A stretch of 64,000 nucleotides of DNA from Anthoceros angustus. Lineage: Eukaryota; Plantae; Anthocerotophyta. Of this stretch, positions 47,169-59,285 are shown in pieces; position 1 is the first letter of the stretch; each line of letters begins with the position of its first letter. The stretch lies in NCBI GenBank assembly GCA_010909165.1, contig MU008173.1:558001-622000 (forward strand), given 5' to 3'. A program made the position numbers and the translations under genes. Below the pieces are notes generated by a model. It searched no databases. It worked only from the letters and a program-made list of their open reading frames with translations, and had not been told where the DNA came from.

Positions 47169-48377
47169 TCAGGGGAAGAGAGCATCCACAAATCCTTGAG
47201 GATCGAAGGGCTGCAAGTCGTCCATGCCCTCCCCGACACCCACAAACTTCACTGGTATGGAAAGCTCATCCACCACACTAACCACACACCCTCCTCGGGA
47301 AGTCCCGTCCATCTTGGTGAGCACAAACCCTGTCACTCCCACCACCTGATTGAACTCCCTAGCTTGCGGCAGCATGTTCAATCCAGTGGTGCCATCCAGG
47401 ACAAGCAGCACCTCATTGGGTGCCCCGGGCAGCGCCTTGGCCACTGCTCGCTTGCAAGCCCGGAGCTCCTCCATCAGGTTATAGTTGGTATGGAGCCTGC
47501 CAGAAGTATCGGCAAGCACGATGTCGAAGTTCTCAGCAGTCGCGCGTTTCACAGCCTCGGAGAGCACGGATGCAGGCCTGGGCTTCACCCCGTTCCCTAC
47601 CACTATCTCGCAGTCACTCCTCTTGGCCCACACCTCCAGCTGCTCGCTGGCAGCCGCCCTAAACGTATCCCCCGCCGCCAAGAGAATCTTGAGGTTCTCC
47701 TCCTCTTTCTTCAACCTGTGCGCCAGCTTGCCGATGCTGGTGGTCTTCCCTCCCCCATTCACCCCAACGATCATCACTACGGCAGGCCTTCTCTCCCCGA
47801 GCTGCAGGTCGCTGCTGCCGGCCTTGGCTGTGAGCAGAGCCACAATATTCCTCTTCAACGCCGCTCGGATTTCCGCACCCGTCTTCAACCTCCCCGCAAG
47901 AATGTCCTGCCGGATGGTGTCCACGATCTTGAGAGCGGTCCTGGGCCCGAAGTCCGCCACCAGCAGAGCCTCCTCCAGCTCGTCCAGCGTGCTCTCCGTC
48001 TCCTCCAAATTCCAGTACGTCAGAAGCTCGTCGATGACAGAAAGGTTCTCCCTGGTCTTGGTGAAGCCCGAAAACAGGCGCTCTATGTCGCTCTTGGCCT
48101 TCTCCTTGATCACCTTCCCCAGCTTCCCGAAAAAGCCGACCTTGTCACTGGCCCCTCGACACCTGATGCTGGAAGCGCAGCCCTTGTACCTGTCCCCCGC
48201 ATTCTTACATCCCTGCCTCCATCCCAATCCACGGCCAGATATGGACTGGAGCGAGTGCACAGCCGATGCAGACAACCCCCTTCTGTCGCAGGCGGAAGCG
48301 GACGACGACACATCCTCGCAACAATTCCTAACCCGAGCAACAGCCGAGGAGGCCGCGCTCAGGTGCAATGCTTCCAT
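47169..48377 (-). CDS. FTSY: Chloroplast SRP receptor FtsY with Ser/Ala/Arg-rich transit peptide; single exon (ATG 48377 likely)
   Basis: FSGFTKTRENL, LEEALLVADFG, GVNGGGKTTSIGKLA, DTFRAAA, DTSGRLHTN, TKMDGTSRGG, VGVGEG..DLQPFD. Confidence 0.95.
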   Translation of the reverse strand: MEALHLSAASSAVARVRNCCEDVSSSASACDRRGLSASAVHSLQSISGRGLGWRQGCKNAGDRYKGCASSIRCRGASDKVGFFGKLGKVIKEKAKSDIERLFSGFTKTRENLSVIDELLTYWNLEETESTLDELEEALLVADFGPRTALKIVDTIRQDILAGRLKTGAEIRAALKRNIVALLTAKAGSSDLQLGERRPAVVMIVGVNGGGKTTSIGKLAHRLKKEEENLKILLAAGDTFRAAASEQLEVWAKRSDCEIVVGNGVKPRPASVLSEAVKRATAENFDIVLADTSGRLHTNYNLMEELRACKRAVAKALPGAPNEVLLVLDGTTGLNMLPQAREFNQVVGVTGFVLTKMDGTSRGGCVVSVVDELSIPVKFVGVGEGMDDLQPFDPQGFVDALFP

Positions 48378-49522
48378 CCCAAAACAAGCACAGGAACACC
48401 CAGCAGGAATCAGCCCATGGCTGGCACCTCGCACGCCAGCTTGGATTGGCAATCCGATCACTTCCTCATCGGGGATTAGGTCAACTTTTTCTTAAACTCA
48501 TGGTGTATGGAGGTACGTATCGTCCTTGTTGATTTCTGATCGCTGAAGATTTCTCCCCGGGTTTGGTTTGATTTATTTTCACAATGCTAAATTGAAAGAA
48601 AAATTACATGTATGTACCTACCTAGGTCTTCTATCCCTTTCGCGCTATCTCATCACATTCCAGCTTGGAATCTTGTGATTATTAAATTCCAGCTTGGTAT
48701 CACAAGGACGGATCAGTAATTGGATGGCCTTGGATGGGGTGGGGATGGGCTTGTAAACATTATTATGCGCTCGTCTCCATAGTGTGTGGGACCGTTACTC
48801 CATATCAAATTCCAACGTGGGACTTCCACCTATATTTTAAAATATCAATATAAAGTCTCCAAATTTTATGTGATGATTTTGAATTAGGTGTAGACCGTCT
48901 TTACATCAACTTTAAAAAAAATCCTCATGTTGATACTAAATGTGTTGCTTAGAAGAGATATCCATGGTGCTAGTAGTCTAGACACACCATGATGAAAGCT
49001 AGCTAGGTACTAAGTTCACTCACCATATGACATCCCTAGTGAATTATGGCGGAGTCTAGTAGACATTGTAGGCTCTAGCTAGTTATATTCCCACACGGGA
49101 GAAAGAATCGGCATGAATTGGCACCTAGCAGCCCAATTTATGCATCAACTTAATCTAGTGTGGTACCTAGCGGCCCAATTTATGCATCGACTTAATCCAG
49201 TATTTCGACTCATGTTCTTTAAGTTTATGCATAATTGAAAACGGTTGACTAAACTATTTGGTTGAAACGCAGAAAGAAACCTTCAAAAAACTCACAACCC
49301 CCTCAAGAAACGGAAGCCATTACTCCGTGGGTACTAATCCATTGGTCCAGAATTTTGATGTCTTAAAAAGATCTTTTCTTGGATTATGTGCAATATTTTT
49401 AAGAGATAAATTAATATATTTGAGAAATACCTTTCCACCAAATATTTTATTATTTTCTGAAAACAATAGGGCTCATAGTCCAAGAAATGGCCTCTAGGAT
49501 GCACTAAAAACAAAAAACCAAC

Positions 49523-49670
49523 AATGACTACCCAAGCAACAATGACTTCCATTTCTTGAGGAGTTTGTGAGTTTTAAAAGGATGAGTACCAAGCAATAAT
49601 GACTCCCGTTTCTTGAGGAGTTTGTGAGTTTTTAAAAGGATGACTACCTAAGCAGCTTGACTCCCGTTCC
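49523..49670. repeat. 58-bp tandem repeat x ~2.5
   Basis: Units begin at about 49523, 49581 and 49639 (atgactacc-aagcaa-aatgact-cc-tttcttgaggagtttgtgagtttt). Confidence 0.8.
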
Positions 49671-51845
49671 TTTAGAAGTCTATACTTTTTAAAAAGATTC
49701 TTTCTTGTTTGTCCAGGATATATTGATAAAAAAATCACTTATTTTTTATAGTATACATGGCATAATTTGCTACAATGGATAGCCTTAATAAAAACAAGTG
49801 TCATGCAAAAATTGTGCACAATGTGAAAGAACATGGGTTGAAAGGTTCAATTTGAGCGGGTTGGGCATTCTGGGGTTAAAGTCAGCTTTGACTAAGAAGT
49901 CAAGGGTGATTGAATTGAAATTTAAAGGTTATTGCTTATAGGTATTGCAATTCAATAAAGGTTACTGCTTGTAGGTATTTTCTAAGTGGCTTGTACTCCA
50001 ATGTCGTATTATTAACCTTTGATTAACATTTCTTCATCATAATGATAACTTTAAGGCCAAGCTAAGTAACTTTAAATTCGCAAACCAAAAAATGGTGATT
50101 TTGGAGTCCAGAGAGTAAATATAGATAAGCAGTTTTTGATGGCCTATTCAAGATCGTTCTTTTCGTTCTTAGACCTGCTTTTCCGTTTATTGGAGATATA
50201 TTGTTAATTAACTATACATGAAGCATATACTATCTCATAAATTGTTTCATGCTTTATCCCAAAGGTGCCTTGCCCTCTCTAACTGTCGCTCGGTAATATG
50301 TAGCCTCAAATTATTCTTGCAAGTTAGTGACCAAGTCTACCATGATACGCATCTTCCAGGAGAAATCTAGTAGAATTTGTCATTCCATCCATAACTAAGA
50401 TAAAAATAACAATGGTGAAAACAATAGGTGGCAATTACTTCAAACTCTTATAGCAAAGGTGAGAGGAAAGCCATTTTTTGCAAATGTTTGTACGAAAGTT
50501 TAGTACGATACATTAGAAGGGTTCTTGTCGCATGGTGGAGGATCTCAAGAAGGAAAACTCTCAAAATTAGTGTGTGGGATATTTTTCTTAGTCTCATGAG
50601 ATCCTTTTCTTCTTTCTCTTTGGCCCTTGGCTTTTTGCCGCTAAATAGGAAGAAAGAGACCAAGGTAAGTAGAGTAAGTGAGCCGTGTAATAAGCAATTG
50701 TTTCTTATCGTTGGAATGCACTTTAATAAGCCTGAAACGGGTTGAAATCTCGACAAGTAAGGCTACTCGGTATCATCTTATGAATACCAATGTCCAATCC
50801 TGATGTGCGGCTGTGATTTGTCATCTCATGTATTGGAACATGCCTTGTGCATTAAAGTTCCTAATCGGATTCCACTAACAATACCAAGATGATGAAGATC
50901 ATGGTGTTCTCTACTACTTCTTACAAACAAGCTACAAAAAGTGCTGGCAAACTGGGCTCATTCAAAGCTGTCCAGAAAACAAAATTTATGTATAAAATGT
51001 TTTTTTTCACGAGGAAACGATCAGATTAGAAGCACCAAGCGCTGCGGTGGATTACAAGATGCTGAGCCTGAAAACCTCTCATGGAGAGACCTAGTCAAAA
51101 CGTGCAGCACGCTAATCGTCCTGCACGAAAGCACCGGCTCCCCAAGGCACCTATGCTAACCTCACATCCCTTGAAGCTTGTTGCCATGACTCCAAGATGG
51201 TAAGAGAATTCTAACAAAGCCAGGGGCAGGAATGACTCCATGTCACTTCTGCGCCTGATTTGAGAAATTCTGCCTGCATCCACTCCCGTGGTTTGAACCT
51301 ATGCAGTGAGGCACTTCGTAAACTCTCCGCCGAGATCAGCACCTTCTCCCAGGAACGACATAAGAGCCCTTTTAGAGGTAAGGGCTCCCGGCCCCCATAG
51401 ACAGCCGACGTCCAATTGGTCTACAAAACAAAAAGACCTGAGCTCCATACGTGCCCCCACCAGGTTTGTTGGATCAGTGGCCTGCCAGTCCTCTCGTTAA
51501 GTCCAAAAAGAGCTACATTTTATGTATAAAGTGTAGGTTTGCCGCTTGAGTGAGCTTTCCGAAAAACAAGCTAAATGTATTTGATTACCACATAAAAGCC
51601 ATCCTGCTTCCGGAATTTCTTAAAGATATCCTTCTACCTGTCCGAGAAGGAATGCATTGCCTTGTTCAAGTGGTCCACCCAAAACCAATATCTTCCTTAA
51701 TCATGCTTTCGCCGACTAAGATTACGCGACAAAGCTCCAGAAGCCTTCCATAGGCTATAAAGATGAATGGTCGGTCACCTAGTCAAAGTATGTAGTTCAA
51801 GTATTACTCGCACGTCTAGGTATTTCTCGCACTTCAATCTTTGGC

Positions 51846-52569
51846 TTGCAGGTTTGTAACCTTTTCTCGCACTTCATATCTTCTTTCTGGCATTTCTTTC
51901 ACGTCTCGCACTTCAATCTTCTTTCTCAGTGCGTAACCTTTCTCGCACTTCATATCTTCTTCTTTGCACTTCAATCTTTATTCTCGCATTTCTCGCACAT
52001 CTTGCAGTTCTCGTACTTCAATCTTTTTTCTCGCATTTCTTTCACTTCTCGCACTTCAATCTTCTTTCTCACTGCGTAACCTTTGTCGTACTTCGTATCT
52101 TCTTTCTCGCACTTCATATCTTCTTTCTCGCACTTCATAGATGCTTTCTTGCACTTCGTATCTTCTTTCTCGCACTTCGTATCTTCTTTCTCGCACTTCG
52201 TATCTTCTTTCTCGCACTTCGTATCTTCTTTCTCGCACCATATATCTTCTTTCTCGCACCATATATCTCCTTTCTCGCACCTTATATCTCCTTTCTCGCA
52301 CCTTATATCTCCTTTCTCGCACTTTATATCTCCTTTCTCTCACTTTATATCTCCTTTCTCTCACTTTATATCTCCTTTCTCGCACTTCATATCTCCTTTC
52401 TCGCACTTTATATCTCCTTTCTCGCACTTCATTCCTTCTTTCTCCCACTTCATATCTTTCTTTCTGGCACTTCATATCTTCTTTCTCACATTTCTCGCAC
52501 ATCTTGCAGTTCTCGCACTTCGATCTTCTTTCTCGTACGGGGATGTGCGTTTTGCTTGCAGGTTTGTAA
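51846..52569. repeat. 21-bp minisatellite (tctttctcgcacttcatatct), ~20-unit core at 52085-52490, with degenerate flanks
   Basis: Clear 21-nt periodicity. The flanking blocks ttgcaggtttgtaac (51846, 52555) and tttctcgcacatcttgcagttctcg are duplicated. Confidence 0.95.
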
Positions 52570-53004
52570 CGCTTTGTTACGTATTTGACCTTGACAAACC
52601 GTGACTGCAAAATTGCTGTTAGATTGGTGGAAAAACTGATCAACTGATACTGTCCAGTCACAACGGGAGAACACGCACTCGGCCTTGGGAGGGGCCAAGT
52701 CAAAGACCCATCCAGGCATGAAGGAACACAATCTAAACAAGAATTGGCAATCGGCTTGGCGTCATCGAGAGCGACTTAGATGAAAACAGCGAATTCGAAA
52801 ATTTGTTCGTTTTCCAACATCCACCGGCAGCTCAGCAGGAAAATGGAAAGTCTTGAAGGAAGACGTATGAAAACTGTTTGGATTGAACAGATTGTAGAGG
52901 CCAAATGCATCAAAATTTCTGCTCATTCCAGGTTGTCCAAAAGGATCAAAACCAGAGGAACAACAAGTTCTCAAATCCGAGAAATGCCGCGCGCTAGAAG
53001 CCAC

Positions 53005-54174
53005 TAAGAGAGTCTTTGAGCGGCTTCCTTAGCTAGAATCTTGTCCTTGGCCTTAGTCTTCGCCTGAGACTTCACACCCATCAAGCCTCCACCCCATTGC
53101 TTACGGAAGTCATCATACCGGTCGTTGAAGTTGGCCTGCACAAGAAATCATGGTTACATCCAGAAGTTTCGAAATCCAGAAACAAGCCTCCAACGTGAAA
53201 GCTTTTGAAGCCTTACCTTAACAGCTTCAACAATCTTGCTGAAGTCATGCTTGTCCTCGTTCTTGACTGATGTCAAACAGAGTGCTGTGGCTGTCTTGGA
53301 ATGCACAATCTGACCCAGCCTAGATTTGCCCTTAACTATCGCGTACGGTACACCCATCTTCCTGCACAAGGCAGGAAGCCAGACCACCAACTCGATGGGG
53401 TCGACATCATGGGCGATCACCACAAGCTGTGCCTTGCCCTGCAGCATCAGGAGATTAGGAGAGCTCATTTACCGCTCTTCAACAGAAAAACTACTGACCA
53501 ATAATCCCACCTGTTCAATCAGGTAAGTCACATGGTTGATCCCATACTTCACAACGAGGGGCTTCTTCGTGTCAATAGTCTTCCCCTCTGCCTCTGCCGC
53601 AGCTTTTTTCTGCAGCCTCTCTTTCTTCTCCGCCTTGTACTCAGGACGGTACTTCAGGAGCATCTTAAAGAGGCTCGTCGCTGCAGAATCGGAACAAACA
53701 CCATTCCTTCAACCTAATCCACAACTTTGGGTGCCAGCTCTAAAGCTAGCACCTGCGTATAATAGAAACCCTACCAGCACGAACGTCAACTCACCAAGGT
53801 TTTTGTCCAGCGTCTTAGTGAACTGGTTGAGAGCAGGCGGGACCTTCAACCTCTGGTTCAAGACCCTGCGCTGCCGCTGTATCCGGACATATTTAGGCCA
53901 CTTCACAAACCGGTGAAGATTCTTCTTAGGTGGCAGCGCCCCGCCGATGCCGAACTGCTTCGGCCTCTTCTCAAATAGCGGATTCACCACCTTCTCCGGC
54001 ACCTACATGAACCATTCTGCAGCCAGCTCAGGTACCAAAAAAGCGGAGACAAATCCCAGACCGCTGCCACCATATCAAAGGCTCAAATCAACTGAGACCC
54101 AGCTCACGCGCAACCTTCTTCTTCTCCACTGGAGCCGGAATAGGCGTCTTCAAAGTCCCCCTCTTCGGAGCCAT
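53005..54174 (-). CDS. RPL7A: 60S ribosomal protein L7a (eL8); exons ~54174-54115, 54002-53795, 53680-53511, 53438-53217, 53135-53005
   Basis: MAPKRG...KKK|[64 protein letters not shown]. Confidence 0.96.
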
Positions 54175-55878
54175 GGCGGCTGTGGTAGCGAACGCCGGGA
54201 GCAGACTGAGGGACAGTCGCCAAGGGACGAAAGACCAAATATGTCGTGCAGCCCCGTATTTAGGGTATCTGCCCTAAGCCAACATGTATGTAGTTAGACA
54301 GTCTGCCCTAACTAAAACATAAAACTGCCTCCTCGATAGGAGGCTCGACCGTCGACCCGCTCGCCCTACTCTGAACCGGATAGGAAAGAGTAAATGATGA
54401 AAGAGAAAATTCATTTTTTACATATTAAAGGAAAATTTCATATATATTAGGTAGATATAATAGGTAAAAATTAGAACTAGTAGGTAGAATCCAAAATTAG
54501 AAAATACAAAATAGAACTTGAGGGCAAAACTAGAACTAGAGGGTAGACTTAGAGGGTACAAAACATTCAACGAGTAATAACAAGGTGAGAGGCTCCGATT
54601 GCCCTAATCAAATTAGTAAGCCACCGTTAAGAAACTTGCATGCCGATCAAGATATACATCAAAAAATGAAGAATTTGAATATTGCTTCAGAATTTCATGT
54701 ATACTTAGATAAGAATGAAAATCAAATAACGAGATAAAGAAGGTCAATTTACCAACAAGAAGAAACCCACCTTCAAATATGATCTGCAAAAAAACAATCA
54801 TATAGAATTAGCGTAAGATAAACCACAGATCTTGGCTAAAAACCTCGATCTGCAAAATAATCACAACAAATTAAGGAACAAACTAACCTTACTTAAGCCC
54901 AAAGTTGATTGTGCAGTTGTGAATGGTCACCCCACAAGAGAAAATGCTCGATAAAAAACTTTGTTGAGCAGTCAACATTCTAAGACCTTGATCATAGCGG
55001 CGGTCAACATTCTAAGACCTTGATCCTAGCGCACCAGCATTTGATATAGCTCCAGGCTGTTCAAAAATGTTAGATCATCCTCGTATGCCTTCCAAGACCA
55101 TCTTGCTCATTGCAAGAATTGATTGTTTAAGTTGTTAAGAAACACAATGAGAAAGCACTTGCAAAAACTAATGATCTGTTAGTTTGGTGGATGCGCCACT
55201 ACAGTTATCTAAATTGAAAATGATAAGCCTTATGTTATTTTTAAATATTATATTATTTAAATTTAAAATTTGACAGAGTTGAATGCTGCAGGACCTGACA
55301 AAGAATTCTAGATTGACGAACAAGCTTTATAAGGAAACTATAGTTGTGAAGAATTTGCATCAAAACATTGAAGAAAATGTGTCTCTTTTGACTAATGTGT
55401 CTCTCAGTCAAGTAATTCTTTCTTTGAGCAATAAATTTTTTACTGAGGGGTGGCTCAATAGAGTAATGCTGAAATAATTAGTTTTTGAAAAAAGAGATTC
55501 AAAATAAATATTTATATTTTCAAAATTTCAAAATTTATTTAAAATAATTTTATCCAATTTCAATATTTATTAGAATACATAGGTATCTATATGGAACTAA
55601 TGGATATGTATAGACCTCCCTTAAATAGGCCCTAATTTTCCACAAACAATCTTAATTTCGTTGTTTTGGGCATCTTAAATCCGTAAATTTTTACACATTC
55701 GGCGTTTTAAGCAAAGTAATTTCTGGATTTTTAATTTTTATTAATTAATGCCAAATCACTCATCGGGATATGGTATATTTTATTATTCCTTAAATTAATA
55801 TGATTAATTGATGCACATTGTTAACAACACTTACAAAAAATTAAAGGCCGTTGAAACTAAAGTCAACAAGATAGAGGA

Positions 55879-58420
55879 TGTTACGAATGCAGGAAACAGC
55901 CATCCATGCATGCAATCAGCAGCGCTCAACAGACCAAGCAGGAGCCAGGCTATGGACGCATAACCAGTCGCCATGAAGAAGACAACAACCTATTTTCCCC
56001 CTATCCACAAACACCTAATCCAGTAATATGATGTAGACCGTATCCATACCCTATGAATTCCTGATGAATCCGTAGGGTAAATAGTAGAAATACAGTTAGA
56101 AAACGGGCGAGAATTTTAGAGTAATTCTGCACGGATCTTGGAACGAGACCGCGACCATATGGCCTGTATAAGAGTGATTACGAAGAAGAAACGGACAGCC
56201 ATTCATTGGAGCTCATTCACAGAAGCCGTGACCAGAATTGTACACAAGGATTGCATCTGGATCATAAGATGGTTGCGTGACATTTGGTATCAAAGCCTGA
56301 GAATCCTGTACAGACCACTGGGAGAAAGGCCGGATGCATGGAACTTCTCATAAGCAAACGAACCAATAGACATGAGCGATTACCTTTCCCAAGACAGAGT
56401 GTAGAGGAAGATCACCAGCAGCAGCAGCGATGAAGGCATGCAGCTGGTGGAGGGTATCGGCAATCGACTGCGCTAGAGGGCCTAGAAACCTCCAATAGGC
56501 ACATCGCGAAGCCAGCTCACAAGCCTGCAAGTTCTTGGGCAGCCAGTCGCGGAGGCACGTGCTGGGCAGGCCAGACGTCGGAAGAAGGTCGCTGACCGCA
56601 TCACTGCAGAGACCCGTGAGCGCTCAAAACAGGAGCTGGTAGGCCAAGGGCCACTCACGGGCGCAGATGGAATGACCCTGGTCCATTATTCTAGTGAACC
56701 AGTCACCAGAGGGCGAGGGTGACCTCGCAAACGACAAGCGAACTCCGACGCGACTCCTGCATCACAACCCACGGCTACCGGTCAGAACCCTGCAACAATC
56801 AACAACGACGCAAGACATAGGTAAGAGAATTGCATATCTGGAACAAGTACTGGACACCAATTTTGAGACCATCACCGGACAAGCGGACAAGCTGGGAGGA
56901 GTGGAAGCCAGCCTGAAGGAACTTGATTCTTTGTGTCGTAACAACCAGAGCAAGCTGGAACAGCAGCTGGCTGAAGTACTCCAGCTCTTGGAACAAGCCA
57001 CGCCTGGCCAATTTGGTTCTGATTCGGACACGATGGCCGCAAGGGAACCACCTGCAGCAACCCCACACCGACCATTAGTTCTAGATCGACCTAAGTCCAC
57101 ACCAAGATCGAAATGGAAGGATGATGAGGAGGGGAGAGCCTCACCTATGCAGCCCAATTCGTCGGGAAGGAGTCGAGAAGAATCGCTAAAGAAATTGACT
57201 GTCAAGTTGCTACCTGGAGAATAGGACAACAAGGACATTCGAGCATTAGTGAGACGCCTCCAACTCATGAGATACGAGAATTGGGAGTAGCACAAAGCAA
57301 AGGTGGATTCTGATTTGATTGAGGCAGAAGAGCAACACTTTAAACCTCATCCTCAGCTGGACAAAGAGTTTTGATCTTCCGATGCAAGCATCGGAAGATC
57401 AAAACTACTACCTTCAACGGGGTTGCCAAAGATGCACTAGGAGTATATGATTGGTTAGACAAGATGGAGAAATACCTGATGGCGAGTGAGGATGACCGAC
57501 AAAGAATTCAATTTTGCGTCATGTCATTGGAAGGCTATGCATATCGCTGGTGGAGGCAGAGGGAACGGCAAGTGGATCTGGGCATGGAGACTGTTGTCTA
57601 CACCTGGGCGGTTTTCCGGCAGGTGTTCTTGGAGCAATTCCTCCCAGTGAATCACAACAGAGATCCGTATCAACAGTTCAGAAAGATTTACCAATAGGGC
57701 TCCATTCAGGAATATTGCAACAAGTTTTTACAACTCACCCTAGATCTACCCCGACTGGATGAAGAACAAAAGGTGGAGAAATTCATTGACGGTCTTCGTT
57801 TCGAGATGAGAGCCGATGTCAACCAAATGAATCGAATCAGCCTTGTTGATGCAATGAGGGCAGCCATGAACTATGGGCTGAACAAATACAAACATTTTGG
57901 GTTAGGTAGTTCCTCGAAACATAAATGGGGGAAAACAACAAATGCAGTGGATAAGAAGCCTACTTTTAGGATTTTTTCTAGTGGAGAAAAAGAGGAGTAC
58001 AAGAATGTCAGAAAGTGCTTCACTTGTGCTGCCTAGGATCATGGGTCCAGAAACTGCCCCCATAGAAAGGATTTCATTGCTTGGCTGAAGGAGATCGGCA
58101 ATACCACCCGACCCAGCAACACCTCCAGCCCATCTGCACCCCGTAGCAGTCATTCAGTCACTATTGAAGAGGTAGGACTTGCTAGGAACCCTAGCAACCC
58201 AAAGTCTTGTAATGGTTGTTGCTTGGTGGCAGCTTGTAGCAAAAATCTTGTCCCCATCAAGTTCAAGGTGTTGTTGGAAGGAGAACACGCCATGGCCTTG
58301 CTTGACTCAAGAGCGAGTCATCACTACGTCTCCGAATTAGTAGCATCACAGGCAGCCCTGCACATCCTAAAAGCTATGGTGCTGTTCACCATAGCTAGAT
58401 CCACATGAAGAAGAAGAAGA
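55879..58420 (+). mobile_element. Ty3/Gypsy retrotransposon 5' part (LTR 55879-56282, PBS, gag, zinc knuckle, protease), truncated
   Basis: LTR TGTTACG...CGTGACA followed by tRNA-Met PBS-like tggtatcaaagcc. Retrotrans_gag WLDKMEKYL...LEGYAYRWW...TWAVFRQVFLEQF, CFTC...H..RNCP and ALLDSRASH, with stops and frameshifts. Confidence 0.85.
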
Positions 58421-59285
58421 AGAATTTTATTTAACTCCACTAAGGATGGATTTCCGTCATGAGACTTGGTACTTAACAACTTGTACCATGGTGTGCCTAA
58501 GCTCCTTGCACCAAGGGCATCCACTCCCTTTAGGCACCCCATCTAAGTACCGATCTAAGCTCAGGATGCTTAATCACAGCGTTCTTATAAATGTGTGTCC
58601 ATTTGGCCTAAGCCATTTGGACACACATGAGTAGGTGGTGATCAAACCCAGCGCAGACAGTAAGTACGCAAGTGCTTGTACATAAAAGTAGCAACATTGA
58701 TGAAAGAAAAGTAAAGTGTTTTATACAAAGTAAGGAACGGTTCCTAAACCGTCGGAACTGAAAATGTAAAACTACCATAGCCTTTCATAACTTCTTCTTA
58801 ACCAAGAGTAAACTAAAAGGCTATTCTAATACTCCCACTTAGTTGCAGCATTTTCAAAATGGAAAGTAACTTGAGGTCCAAAAGATTCTGTCCTAATAGC
58901 AAGCAGTTCTTCTAGGACAGATGATGACTTCACGGCCACAAGGCAGGCGTGAAACTGTCTCTCTCTCCTACTGCCAATTACGCTCCAACTCTGCCTACAA
59001 CAGGCGCTATGGCCACGCTAAGCGCCATTGAGCTGATCCTACAGCTGGTCACAGCGTTTACGCTTGCCTTCTTCTACAGCTGGCTGCCAAAATCTCACTG
59101 CGCCCATCATAAGCTTGAGTTGTGCACCATGGGCGACTCCACATAGGGCTTGAGATGCCTGAACTGTGAAAGGATCTGGATTCCAGTCAGGAAGTTCTCT
59201 GAAAGGCAGTCCTGTCTTCATGTAATGTACTACTTTGACTCCAGCATAGTCTCCTCGAGTCTCCCAATTGCGCTCCATTCCCAAC

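Noticed and set aside
45644-48495. Long antisense or alternate-frame ORFs (45644-46762, 47085-48479, 47485-48495)
   Set aside because: These are shadows of the GC-rich, intronless RMI1 and cpFtsY coding sequences.
51290-51420. Minus-strand LPLKGLLCRSWEKVLIS resembling the end of an F-box motif
   Set aside because: Short, apparently deleted internally, bounded by stops, with no convincing downstream domain.
58591-58628. 11-bp hairpin (atgtgtgtcca...tggacacacat)
   Set aside because: Isolated, lies in TE debris, and is too short for a miRNA precursor.
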